Of a DNA stretch of 64,000 bases, positions 21,381 to 31,279 are shown piece after piece. Every line of letters starts with the position of its first letter. Position 1 is the first letter of the stretch. Origin of the DNA: an uncultured Porphyromonadaceae bacterium (GTDB lineage: Bacteria; Bacteroidota; Bacteroidia; Bacteroidales; Muribaculaceae); NCBI GenBank assembly GCA_905198125.1, contig CAJKBH010000006.1:11842-75841 (forward strand). Direction: 5' to 3'. The position numbers were made by a program, and so were the translations under genes. The notes under the pieces are model-generated. The model did not search any database and had not been told where the DNA came from. It worked only from the letters and a program-made list of their open reading frames with translations.

Positions 21381-24300
21381 TTACTCCTTGCCGCAGAGGC
21401 GGCGCATGGGGCAGTAGCGGCATTCGGCGTCGTCGGAGGCGGGCGTGAAGGCCGGATCGTCGAAGATGTGGCCGATCAGGTCGGCAAGGCGGCTGTCGAA
21501 CTCCGCGAACGCTTCGCCGTCGCTGTTGCGCCCTTCCCGGTTCGTGCCTAACGAGATGTAACATTCGCCGTCGCCATGTTCCATGCCGTTGGTGTCGAAT
21601 ATGCACATCTCCACACCCCTCTTGCCGGTCATCTTCTCCAGCTGGCGCGCATAGAACAGCAACTGGAACACGTGCTTGGCCTCATCGCCCTTGCCGCCGC
21701 CGAACACCGAGTCCAGTCCCTTGCTCATGTCCAGATATACCTTGCCTGTCTTATAATCGACTATCCGGTATGGGCCTCCCTTCAGGGAATCGACGCGGTC
21801 CAGGCTTCCCTTGATGTTTACGGTCAGGTCGTCGCGCACCTTCAGCTCGTCCTGAAACGCCACCTCCACTCCGTTTACGGTCAGCGGCGACTTCGCGGCC
21901 ATGTCGGCGTCGTGCCGTATCACCGCCTCCACTTGCTTCTGCAGTCTGTCGGCCACCATCTGCACCGACTCGCTCAGCGGCGCGTCCAGTTCCGGGCCAT
22001 CCTTCACGCCATGATATTTGCGGTTCACGGCCTGTGTCATCTTCCTGCGCAGCGTGTCCTGGTCATTGAGTACGCGCATGTAATAGTCCCGGTCATGCTC
22101 CTGCGGATTGGGGATGTACGAGGCGTTGTCCCATAGCTTGTGCTGATCTTTCTTTGCGAAATACAGGTTCATCATCGCGTCATGGAATATGTCGCCCTGC
22201 GTGATGGCATCGATGCCACCGTCCGACTCGGTTTTGTCGCCGATGTTCTTCACGTATCTGTAATAGAACAGCAACGGACATCTGATATACGTATTCAGCG
22301 CCGAAGCCGACAGGTACCGTTTGTCGCCTTTGTGGTCGGCCCTGAACTCGTGGAGCAAGGCGCGGATCTCGGGTGTTTTCTCCACGGGAGGCACCGGCGC
22401 GCTGTCTACGCGGGCACTGTTGCTGAACTTCATGGTGATGCGCTTCAGTGTCTCGCGGCGATATATCTTCTCGAGCTGCATCAGATAGCGTGACTTGCCG
22501 CCGCTACGCATCCCGTCGCTCTGACGGGCGTCATATACCAGATGCACCTGACCGGCACGCGACAGCAGCCTGTAGAACCAGTAGTCGTACAGTTTCTCCT
22601 GGTGGTTGGTGGAAGGGAGGCCGTAACCATAACGCAGCGTGTCGGGAATGAAGCTGCGCTTACGTGCATGGCGCGGCATGACCTTATCGTTCATCGACAG
22701 GACGATGACCCGGTCGAAATCCAGCGCGCGCGTCTCCAGCAGGCCCATCACCTGCAGGCCCTCCAACGGTTCGCCCTTGAATGAAATCCTCTCGCCGCTC
22801 ACCATCTTCTGCAGGATATGGAACAGTGTGCCCGAACGCATCTCGATTCCGTTCATCTCCCCGGCCGCGGCTATCTGGAACAAGGATGTCAGATACACCT
22901 GTATCAGCATCCGCTCCACCTTGTTCTTATTGTCGGCCTCTCCCTGCGACAGCCTGAAGTCCACGTCACGCAGCAGTTCCTCCAGCCATGCCACGCTTTC
23001 CTTCAGCCTGGCTGTGGCGCTGAGAGGATACAGCAGCCTGCCCAGTTCCTTGCTGTAGCCCTCCAGCTCCGTCCACGACATGACGCGGCGGTGGCAGCGG
23101 TCCATGTCGGTGTTGATGCGTATTATCACCTCCGGCCCGAACAGCAGTTGCATGATGGGCTGCGCCAACAGCATCCGCAGGTCAGAGGCCAGATAAATGG
23201 TGTCGTCGCCCTCCTTCTGCCTGTGGCGCAACGTGCGCTGCAGATGGAACAGGAAGGTGGCTATGTCCGTGTAACGCATGGACCATCCCATCGTGACGTT
23301 CACGTCCATATTGCGGTCGGGCAGCGAGTAGAGCAACGGCAGCAGCATGTTCTCGTCCGGGAGCACCACGGCCACTCGGGCGTCGGCCACGTCGGCGGCC
23401 ATGTCGCCGGCATGGGGGTCTATCCATTCCCCTATCACCTTGGTCTGCATGGAATTGGACGGCACCGACACCTCGGTGATGTCGGGCATGTCGCGGCGCG
23501 CCGCCTTTTCGACATATTCCTGCGCCCATCTCGACATGGGGAACGCGCGCATCTGACGCCTGATGATCCGGCCTGCTTCCGAATCCCTGGCGGTCAGTAC
23601 CGGTCCGGTGAGATCCCACCAGAAATCCACTACCGGTTCCTTGCGGTTCTCGCCTATCTTCCGCAACTCGCGGAACAGCTTTATCTCCGTCATCGACATC
23701 CAGTCGAGTCCGACGGTCACGACATGTTTCCATGGCAAGGCGTCAAGGCCATTTTCAAGCACCAGTTCCATGGCGCGGCGATAGACTGTACCGGCCAGGC
23801 CCATCGGCAGGAGCGCCGTCTCAGGGTCGCCGCCCGGATGCTCCAGCCGTTTGCGCAGTTCGGTGTATAGACCCGGCAGCAACTGCCACAGCTCGGTGAA
23901 CCGGCTCGTGGCGACACTGCCCTGTCCCTTCTCGACGTTGGTCCAGAAACGCTCGCTCTCGTCGCCCGTGGGACGATAGCCCATGTACTGCTCCAGGATA
24001 TCCATTTGCTCCGGCGTCAGCGGATTGGTTGCGATAGTCCTGTAATTCACCACATTGGCGAATATCTTCTGCGCGTCGACGTCGCAGATGTCCACCTCGC
24101 TGAAATCGGACAACACCACCTCGCCCCACGGCAGGAATTCGTCGAAATCCACCAGTGTCTTCTCGTCGTCGATAGGATCCGCCACCTTGCGCAGCTCACG
24201 GTAAGCCATGTACAGCTCCATCAGCTGCGTGACGCGCGGCGCCACCTCCAGGCATGAAATCCGGGCCATGAACTCACCCATGGCCATGACTTCGGGAGCC

Positions 24301-24452
24301 AGCATTGTCCTGCCTCCGAGACGTTCGGACAGGCGTTTCAGAAAGAAGGTACAGCTGCGTCGGTTTGGCAACACGAAGCAATATTCCGACAAATCCACAT
24401 CCTGCCGGGCGTACGCTTCCGCAACAGCCCCCAAAAATGTAATGGTATCCAT
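21381..24452 (-). CDS. PD-(D/E)XK nuclease family protein, AddB-like (1023 aa) with C-terminal Fe-S cysteine cluster
   Basis: C-terminal C..CRYCPMRRLC motif and nuclease-domain residues typical of AddB-type helicase-nuclease subunits; degenerate N-terminal NTP-binding region. Confidence 0.7.
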   Translation of the reverse strand: MDTITFLGAVAEAYARQDVDLSEYCFVLPNRRSCTFFLKRLSERLGGRTMLAPEVMAMGEFMARISCLEVAPRVTQLMELYMAYRELRKVADPIDDEKTLVDFDEFLPWGEVVLSDFSEVDICDVDAQKIFANVVNYRTIATNPLTPEQMDILEQYMGYRPTGDESERFWTNVEKGQGSVATSRFTELWQLLPGLYTELRKRLEHPGGDPETALLPMGLAGTVYRRAMELVLENGLDALPWKHVVTVGLDWMSMTEIKLFRELRKIGENRKEPVVDFWWDLTGPVLTARDSEAGRIIRRQMRAFPMSRWAQEYVEKAARRDMPDITEVSVPSNSMQTKVIGEWIDPHAGDMAADVADARVAVVLPDENMLLPLLYSLPDRNMDVNVTMGWSMRYTDIATFLFHLQRTLRHRQKEGDDTIYLASDLRMLLAQPIMQLLFGPEVIIRINTDMDRCHRRVMSWTELEGYSKELGRLLYPLSATARLKESVAWLEELLRDVDFRLSQGEADNKNKVERMLIQVYLTSLFQIAAAGEMNGIEMRSGTLFHILQKMVSGERISFKGEPLEGLQVMGLLETRALDFDRVIVLSMNDKVMPRHARKRSFIPDTLRYGYGLPSTNHQEKLYDYWFYRLLSRAGQVHLVYDARQSDGMRSGGKSRYLMQLEKIYRRETLKRITMKFSNSARVDSAPVPPVEKTPEIRALLHEFRADHKGDKRYLSASALNTYIRCPLLFYYRYVKNIGDKTESDGGIDAITQGDIFHDAMMNLYFAKKDQHKLWDNASYIPNPQEHDRDYYMRVLNDQDTLRRKMTQAVNRKYHGVKDGPELDAPLSESVQMVADRLQKQVEAVIRHDADMAAKSPLTVNGVEVAFQDELKVRDDLTVNIKGSLDRVDSLKGGPYRIVDYKTGKVYLDMSKGLDSVFGGGKGDEAKHVFQLLFYARQLEKMTGKRGVEMCIFDTNGMEHGDGECYISLGTNREGRNSDGEAFAEFDSRLADLIGHIFDDPAFTPASDDAECRYCPMRRLCGKE

Positions 24453-24459
24453 GAGAGGG

Positions 24460-26439
24460 TTATTTCATTCGTTTCAGCAGATTGTAGCTGGGGAGCACGC
24501 CGAGTTCGCCCGCCTTGCTTAAATCGTTGAACGCGAGGCGGCGGTTGCCGATGCGCAGGTATGTCAGGCCCCGGTTATAGAGGGCCGCGCCGAAAGCGGG
24601 GTCAAGTTCCAGAGCCTTGCCGTAACATTCAATGGCCGATGTGAAATCGCCGGCGGCATAATACAGGTTGCCCTTGTTGACCCAAACGAAAGCCAAGCGC
24701 GGGTCGATGTCGAGGGCGGCGTCATAGTCATGGAGCGCGACGGGAGCCTGTCTCGGGTCGAGGGCGGCGCGGGCGTATGCCCGGCCCACGTATGCCGTGC
24801 TGAGGTCGGGACTTTTGCCCAGTGCCTTGTCGAAAGCCTTGATGGCGGCCTCGTAATCCTTGAGTGTGGAACGTGCCACGCCGAGACTCAGATAGTCGGC
24901 CGCCGTGGCTGTGCCTAAGGCTGCTTTTTGGTCAAGCTCCGAGGCCAGGTCGAACAATATCTGGGCGTTGGACTCGCCCACCACCGGGCCGGACACGAGA
25001 TAGAGCTTGCGCGCTGTCCAGCCACGGGTGTTGAACTCGTCCATCTCGCGGAAATACACCGGCCGGCTGTCGAGTGTGGCGGCCGTGGGCACGAATGTCA
25101 GCGCGTATGCCGCCTGCGGCTCGATGTTGACGTTGCGGTCCTGCACGCGTCCCTTGATCTTGTCGTCGTAGTTCAGTGTGGTCTGCTCGGTGGCGCTGAC
25201 GGTCACCAGACGGTTGAAGCGGTCCATCACCTCGTTCTCGTCCTCGTCCTCGGTGGGCGCGGAATGGCTCTCGGTGTTGGTCAGTCCGTTCTGCACGGCC
25301 GGACGGTCCAGAGGATGCGCCACGGGATTGTGTACATATTGCTTCACCAGCTCATCGGCCTGATGCACCATGGCCATGGCCTTGCGCATGTCGCCCATGT
25401 CGCGGTATGCCTCGGCCAGCGCGTAGTACACGTTGTGATAGCGCGGATAACGCCGTGCTATCTTGTTGAACTGCTCCAAGGCCTCGCGCGGCTTCTTGCG
25501 CTGCAGATTCACCAGACCGAGGTTGAACGTGGCGTGGAAGTTGTCGGGATTCAGTTTCAGCACCTCCTCCAAGTCGCGAGCCGAACGGTCCAGGTCCTTC
25601 ACTTCATAGCGCAGCAGCGCGCGATTGAATATTGCCGCCTCGTTGGCGGGATTCAGTTCTATGGCATAGTTATAGTCGGCCATCGCGCCGAAAAAGTCGT
25701 CGAGGTTGTAGCGGACGTACGCGCGGTTCAGGTATAGGTCCGGTTCGCGCGGCATCAGCTTGATGGCCTGGTCCATGTCCTTCAGGGCCTCGTCCCATTT
25801 CTGCTGCCGTGTGCTTAGCTCGGCATGGAGCAGGAAGGTGTTGGTGCTCTTTGCGCCCTGGTCCATGGCCTTCTGCAGCGACGCCAGGGCCTTGACGGTA
25901 TCGCCCTGTATGGCATATAGACGCCCCCTGGCGCCAAGTCCCTCCTCGAATCCGGGATACATGCGCAGCAACGTGCCGAACGTGGTGTCGGCGTCGGCAT
26001 AGCGCTTCAGTTCCGTCTCGGCCACGCCCTTGAAATAGAGCATGTATTTGTCACGCGGATTATATTTCAGACCGGCCTGATAGTCGAGCACCGCCAGCGA
26101 ATCGTGTCCCATGGACTGGCGTGCGAAGCCACGCAGGCGATAGGTGTCGGTATGGAACTTGTTGCGCTCCATCGACAGGGTGGCATCCTCCTCGGCTCCC
26201 TTGTAATCCTCCAGCTGCAGCTTGGCCAGGGCGCGGAAGAAGTAAGGCTCGGACAGATAGGGCTTGGCCTTGATGGCCTGGTTGAAATACTGGATCGAAA
26301 GCATATAGTCGTCCATCGACAGCACGTTCTGTCCGATGGTCAGCACCTGCTCGGCGTTTACCTGCGCCGCCGCCGGCACGGCACACACAGCCATGACCGC
26401 CATAATTCCAATATTCCGTATTGCCTTCAATATCCTCAT
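24460..26439 (-). CDS. Tetratricopeptide-repeat protein with signal peptide (659 aa)
   Basis: Cleavable signal (AVCAVPAAAQ), TPR consensus repeats throughout; only 7 bp upstream of the AddB-like gene. Confidence 0.75.
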   Translation of the reverse strand: MRILKAIRNIGIMAVMAVCAVPAAAQVNAEQVLTIGQNVLSMDDYMLSIQYFNQAIKAKPYLSEPYFFRALAKLQLEDYKGAEEDATLSMERNKFHTDTYRLRGFARQSMGHDSLAVLDYQAGLKYNPRDKYMLYFKGVAETELKRYADADTTFGTLLRMYPGFEEGLGARGRLYAIQGDTVKALASLQKAMDQGAKSTNTFLLHAELSTRQQKWDEALKDMDQAIKLMPREPDLYLNRAYVRYNLDDFFGAMADYNYAIELNPANEAAIFNRALLRYEVKDLDRSARDLEEVLKLNPDNFHATFNLGLVNLQRKKPREALEQFNKIARRYPRYHNVYYALAEAYRDMGDMRKAMAMVHQADELVKQYVHNPVAHPLDRPAVQNGLTNTESHSAPTEDEDENEVMDRFNRLVTVSATEQTTLNYDDKIKGRVQDRNVNIEPQAAYALTFVPTAATLDSRPVYFREMDEFNTRGWTARKLYLVSGPVVGESNAQILFDLASELDQKAALGTATAADYLSLGVARSTLKDYEAAIKAFDKALGKSPDLSTAYVGRAYARAALDPRQAPVALHDYDAALDIDPRLAFVWVNKGNLYYAAGDFTSAIECYGKALELDPAFGAALYNRGLTYLRIGNRRLAFNDLSKAGELGVLPSYNLLKRMK

Positions 26440-26523
26440 TCCCTAATACTGCTTTTTGCTTTGAAAATACAAAGATACGAAAAAAAAACGAATAGCCGCC
26501 GGAGCGTCCATATTATAATAATT

Positions 26524-26553
26524 TTGGCATTACGGTTTTATTGTGTAATTTTG
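26524..26553 (+). promoter_or_regulatory. Bacteroides-type promoter: -33 TTTG (26524-26527), 18-bp spacer, -7 TAATTTTG (26546-26553)
   Basis: Consensus elements about 50 nt upstream of the LicD ATG. Confidence 0.45.
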
Positions 26554-26604
26554 CGAATCTGATACATGAAGGCATTGAAACGCGAACAACAGGGATAATT
26601 TATA

Positions 26605-27489
26605 ATGGACAACCTGAGAGAACTACAGCTTGTCGAGCTGGACTTGCTTAAGGAGCTGCTGCGCGTGTGCTCCGAACACAACCTGACCGTATGGGTGGAC
26701 GGAGGCACGATGCTTGGCGCCGTACGTCACAAGGGCTTCATACCCTGGGACGACGACATCGACGTGCTGATGCCGCGCCGTGACTACGACATACTGCTGC
26801 GACATGGCCACGAATGGTTCAGTCACCCTTGTTTCCTGCAAAGCGCATACTCCGATCCCGGTTATTTCCGCGGTCACGCCCAGCTGCGCAACGACAACAC
26901 GGCCGCCATACGTCCCTCGGAAGCCTACCGCAAGTTCAACCAGGGCATTTTCGTCGACATATTCGCGCTTGACGGTTGTCCCGACAATCCGCAGGAACTG
27001 GAGGACCTGAGCCGTGACACGTTGCATTCCCTGCGTCTCCTCAAGGCCGTGGACCTCGACGTGCTCTATTCAGGGCGTCTGCTGCAGGTGTTCCGCAAGG
27101 CACGTATGCGGCGCCGGGTCCGCAAATCGGGGTTCATCAACATGTACAGCGCCATAGAAGACCGTCTGCGTCAGGTAGACATGGATGCCGTCCGCAACTG
27201 GGCCAACATCTCGTTTTCGGGCAGCCGGCTGCTGTTCGACCGTCATCTGTTCGACGACACGGTGTATATGGATTTCGAGGACATCAAGGTGCCGCTGCCG
27301 GCCGGCTACGACCGGTACCTGCGCATCCTGTACGGCGACGATTACATGACTCCCCGTCAAGATCCGACGGAACACGGCGAACTGGTGGTGTCCACCACAC
27401 GCTCATGGCGCGAGGTAGCTCCCGAAGTGTGCCGTCAATGGAGAAAAGGGACCATGAAACGACTTGTCAACAAACTCAGAAAGAAATGA
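26605..27489 (+). CDS. LicD-family protein (phosphocholine/phospho-alditol transferase family)
   Basis: LicD hallmark WxDxGTLLGxxRH-like (WVDGGTMLGAVRHKG) and DDDIDV motif. Confidence 0.8.
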   Translation: MDNLRELQLVELDLLKELLRVCSEHNLTVWVDGGTMLGAVRHKGFIPWDDDIDVLMPRRDYDILLRHGHEWFSHPCFLQSAYSDPGYFRGHAQLRNDNTAAIRPSEAYRKFNQGIFVDIFALDGCPDNPQELEDLSRDTLHSLRLLKAVDLDVLYSGRLLQVFRKARMRRRVRKSGFINMYSAIEDRLRQVDMDAVRNWANISFSGSRLLFDRHLFDDTVYMDFEDIKVPLPAGYDRYLRILYGDDYMTPRQDPTEHGELVVSTTRSWREVAPEVCRQWRKGTMKRLVNKLRKK

Positions 27490-28520
27490 ACTGCTATCTC
27501 GCACGCGACTATAAAGGCACGCTGAGTGCCGGCAACAAGGCCCGCACCGACATCGAGGCCGTAATGAGCAGCCTGGGCTACCGCAACCTCGGCATCAGGC
27601 AGTCCGTGTCCAACGGCGGCCTGAAGCACTTTGTCCGCAACCTGGCCGGAGTCATCAAGGAATGCGGCACCATACGCCCCGGCGACATCGTGGTGCTGCA
27701 GTATCCGCTGAAAAAGTATTTCTCGCCCGTATGCCACATAGCCCATGCGCGCGGAGCCAAAGTCATAGCCCTGATCCACGACTTAGGCAGCTTCCGGCGC
27801 AAGGCACTGACTGAAGAGAAGGAAATCAGGCGCTTGTCGAACGCCGACCTGATAATAGCACATAACGCCACGATGCGCCGTTGGCTGGAACGGCGCGGAT
27901 GCACGGCCAAAGTTATAGAACTCGGGATATTCGACTTCCTGAACCATTCCCGTCCCGCCGAGAATCATGAACCGGGCGCCAATTACAAAGTGGTCTATGC
28001 CGGCAACCTGCAACGGCGCAAAAACAGTTTTCTGTATTCCATTAAGCCGCAGGGCTGGAGCATGGTGCTGTACGGCAACGGATTCGAGGCTTCGGAAGCG
28101 GCCGGCGCCGACAGCATAGACTATCGCGGCTTCGCCAAGCCCTCCGACTTGATCGCAGACGCGGGCGGAGATTTCGGACTGGTATGGGACGGCGATTCAA
28201 CCGAAACATGCAGCGGAAACTACGGCGAATACCTGCGGTTGAACAATCCCCACAAGACATCGCTCTATATCCGCTGCGGACTGCCTGTCATTATATGGAA
28301 GGAAGCGGCCCTCGCCCCGTTCATAGAACGCGAAGGTCTCGGCATCACCATCGGCTCGCTCGAGGAACTGCATGACATCCTCCCTTCCATCACACCGGAC
28401 CGTTACCGCGAGATGCGTCGCAGGGTGCTGGCCATCGGCGAGCGTCTGGCCAACGGCAAATATGCCGGAGCCGCACTGCTCCGCGCCACCGCCCTCCTCG
28501 CCCCGAATCCCGTGGAATAA
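27486..28520 (+). CDS. Putative glycosyltransferase, galactofuranosyltransferase-like
   Basis: Translationally coupled (ATGA) to LicD and directly upstream of glf; resembles streptococcal Galf-transferases only by context and size, family not confirmed. Confidence 0.45.
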   Translation: MNCYLARDYKGTLSAGNKARTDIEAVMSSLGYRNLGIRQSVSNGGLKHFVRNLAGVIKECGTIRPGDIVVLQYPLKKYFSPVCHIAHARGAKVIALIHDLGSFRRKALTEEKEIRRLSNADLIIAHNATMRRWLERRGCTAKVIELGIFDFLNHSRPAENHEPGANYKVVYAGNLQRRKNSFLYSIKPQGWSMVLYGNGFEASEAAGADSIDYRGFAKPSDLIADAGGDFGLVWDGDSTETCSGNYGEYLRLNNPHKTSLYIRCGLPVIIWKEAALAPFIEREGLGITIGSLEELHDILPSITPDRYREMRRRVLAIGERLANGKYAGAALLRATALLAPNPVE

Positions 28521-28565
28521 CCTTATCACCCATCACCCATCACTCATACCTCATCACTCATCACT

Positions 28566-29708
28566 ATGCCTTACGATTACCTTATAGTGGGGGCCGGCCT
28601 GTTCGGCGCCACATTCGCTCACGAGGCCACCGGGCGTGGCCTGAAATGCCTGGTCATCGACCGCCGTCCGCACACAGGAGGCAACGTATATTGCGAGAAC
28701 ATCGAGGGCATAAACGTGCACAAATACGGCGCGCATATCTTCCACACCTCCGACCCGGAGACCTGGAAGTTCGTAAACGACATAGTCCCCTTCAACCGCT
28801 TCACCAACTCGCCATTGGCCCTCGCGCCCGACGGCAGACTGTACAACCTGCCGTTCAACATGAACACATTCTATCAGCTGTGGGGCGAACGTGACCCTCG
28901 GAAGGTAAGGCTTATTATCGACGCACAGCGCCGCGAGGCCCTTGACAGGATGCACGCCGACGGAGTGTCCGAGCCGCGAAACCTGGAAGAACAGGCGCTG
29001 ACTCTCGTCGGCAAGGATGTGTACAGGCTTCTGATCAAGGAATATACCGAAAAACAATGGGGACGCAAATGCTCCGAACTTCCGGCGTTTATAATCAGAC
29101 GCCTGCCACTCAGATTCACGTTCGACAACAATTACTTCAACGACGCATTCCAGGGCATTCCCGTGGGAGGCTATAATCCATTGACCGAAGGTCTGCTTAA
29201 GGGTTCCGACGTGGTGCTTGACACCGATTTCTTCGCCGACCGCGACAGATGGCAGGGCGTGGCGCGCAGGATGCTGTTCACCGGCAAGATAGATGAATTC
29301 TACGGGTTCCGGTTCGGAAAATTGGATTACCGTACGGTCCGGTTCGAAACCGAAGTGCTCGACACGCCCAACTATCAGGGCAACGCGGTGATAAACCATA
29401 CGTCGGCATCGGTGCCGTACACCCGTGTCATCGAACACAAGCACTTCGAGGTGTTCGGCGACCGGGTGTATGACAATCCGCGCACCGTGGTGTCGCGCGA
29501 GTATTCCACCGAATGGCACGAGGGGATGGAACCGTTCTACCCCGTCAACGACGCCCGCAATCAGGCCATCTATGAACAATACCGCGCACTGGCCGACCTT
29601 GAACCCGACGTGCTGTTAGGAGGCAGGCTGGCCGAATACAGATATTACGACATGGCGCCCCTCATAGCACGCGCCCGACAGCTGTTCAAAACCGCTGAAA
29701 AAGAATAA
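28566..29708 (+). CDS. glf: UDP-galactopyranose mutase
   Basis: FAD-binding DYLIVGAGLFGA, conserved UGM core. Confidence 0.92.
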   Translation: MPYDYLIVGAGLFGATFAHEATGRGLKCLVIDRRPHTGGNVYCENIEGINVHKYGAHIFHTSDPETWKFVNDIVPFNRFTNSPLALAPDGRLYNLPFNMNTFYQLWGERDPRKVRLIIDAQRREALDRMHADGVSEPRNLEEQALTLVGKDVYRLLIKEYTEKQWGRKCSELPAFIIRRLPLRFTFDNNYFNDAFQGIPVGGYNPLTEGLLKGSDVVLDTDFFADRDRWQGVARRMLFTGKIDEFYGFRFGKLDYRTVRFETEVLDTPNYQGNAVINHTSASVPYTRVIEHKHFEVFGDRVYDNPRTVVSREYSTEWHEGMEPFYPVNDARNQAIYEQYRALADLEPDVLLGGRLAEYRYYDMAPLIARARQLFKTAEKE

Positions 29709-29810
29709 TTTGCATATATCGGATAAAATTAGTAATTTTGCACAGCAAAAATCCCGTGTGATGGGAAACGCGCCGCACAGGCCCGTTTTGAGTAACACAA
29801 CAACAAGAAA

Positions 29811-30464
29811 ATGAAAAAGTATGCATTGAACGCTCAGCCTCGCGTAGAGCTGGGCAAGAAGTCGGTGAAGGCTCTCCGTGCCGAGGGCAAGATTCCCGCA
29901 GTGATCAACGGTGGCGCTCTGGTAGAGCTCCCCTACACCGGCACCCTGAAAGAGGGCCAGAAGCTGGTAGAGATTGACGCAAAGCGCGGTCTGATCACAA
30001 CTGACATCGTAGTGAACGCCGAGGATGTGCGTAAGCTCATCTACACTCCCGACATCTTCGAGGTTGACATCAACCTGAACGGCGAGGAGGTTAAGGCCGT
30101 GATCAAGGACCTGCAGTTCCAGCCCGTTAAGGACACTCTGCTTCACATCGATTTCCTCCAGGTATATCCCGACAAGCCCGTAGTGATGGAAGTTCCCGTC
30201 AAGATCGAGGGTCACGCCGAGGGTGTGAAGGCCGGTGGTAAGCTCACGCTCTCCATGCGTAAGCTGAAGGTGAAGGCTCTCTACAACGAGATCCCCGAGC
30301 GCCTGATCATCAACGTCGACCATCTGGGTCTGGGCAAGTCCATGGCCGTAGGCGACCTCCACTTCGAGGGCCTCGAACTGATGAACGCCAAGAACGCCGT
30401 TGTATGCGCCGTTCAGCTCACCCGTGCCGCTCGTGGCGCACAGGCCAAGGCTGAGCAGGCTTAA
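29811..30464 (+). CDS. rplY: 50S ribosomal protein L25/general stress protein Ctc
   Basis: Length and sequence typical of Bacteroidetes L25/Ctc. Confidence 0.9.
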   Translation: MKKYALNAQPRVELGKKSVKALRAEGKIPAVINGGALVELPYTGTLKEGQKLVEIDAKRGLITTDIVVNAEDVRKLIYTPDIFEVDINLNGEEVKAVIKDLQFQPVKDTLLHIDFLQVYPDKPVVMEVPVKIEGHAEGVKAGGKLTLSMRKLKVKALYNEIPERLIINVDHLGLGKSMAVGDLHFEGLELMNAKNAVVCAVQLTRAARGAQAKAEQA

Positions 30465-30611
30465 TCAACCCACAGAAACTTTTAAGGCTCCATCCCACAC
30501 TCTGCGGGATGGAGCCTATATATTGAAGTCATGAATATTTTTAAACGTCTGTTCGGGTCCGGAACATCCCGAAGCTCTGCGAGCACTCCGGACCCAAGCA
30601 CCGATTCCGAT

Positions 30612-31175
30612 ATGAAACGTTACCTGATAGCATGTCTGGGCAACATTGGTCCCGAATACGAAGGCACGCGCCATAACGCCGGATTCATGGTGGCCGACCG
30701 CCTGGCCGACGACGCCGGCGTCAGCTTCCGGTCCGGCCGCTACGGCGACATGGCCACCGTACGCATCAAGAACTGCGAGCTATTAGTGCTGAAGCCCTCC
30801 ACGTTCATGAACCTGTCCGGCGTGGCCGTGCGTTACTGGATGAACCACGAGAAACTGCCGCTGGACCGGCTGCTGGTCGTCGTAGACGATCTCGCACTTC
30901 CCTTCGGCACCCTGCGCCTGCGTAAGTCAGGCTCCGACGCCGGCCACAACGGGCTGAAGAACATAGCCGAACAGCTCGGCACCCAGAACTACGCGCGTCT
31001 GCGCTTCGGCGTTGGAAACGACTTCCCCAAGGGAGGCCAGATCGATTTCGTGCTCGGCAAGTTCCCGCCCGAAGAACGCGCGAAGATGCCCGAAGTGCTG
31101 AAGCGTGCAGCCGAGGCCGTCTCGACTTTCTGTCTCGCCGGCCCCGACATCGCCATGAACCGATTCAATCATTAG
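30612..31175 (+). CDS. pth: Peptidyl-tRNA hydrolase
   Basis: GLGNIGPEY, catalytic His motif TRHNAGF; alternative upstream start at 30531 would add 27 aa. Confidence 0.9.
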   Translation: MKRYLIACLGNIGPEYEGTRHNAGFMVADRLADDAGVSFRSGRYGDMATVRIKNCELLVLKPSTFMNLSGVAVRYWMNHEKLPLDRLLVVVDDLALPFGTLRLRKSGSDAGHNGLKNIAEQLGTQNYARLRFGVGNDFPKGGQIDFVLGKFPPEERAKMPEVLKRAAEAVSTFCLAGPDIAMNRFNH

Positions 31176-31186
31176 TTTAAAAAGTT

Positions 31187-31279
31187 TATAAAGTTGAAAA
31201 AGTTAAGAGAAATCCAGAGCATTCGCACGACTGCACTATCATCTTGACTTTCTTAACTTTTTAAACTTTCTAAACTACC
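31187..31279. repeat. AT-rich inverted-repeat element (gaaaaagttaagagaaa ... tttcttaactttttaaac) between convergent pth and porin genes; probable bidirectional terminator
   Basis: About 15-bp arms separated by about 42 nt; right arm plus flank (31240-31279) is a copy of the 13262-13310 element. Confidence 0.55.
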
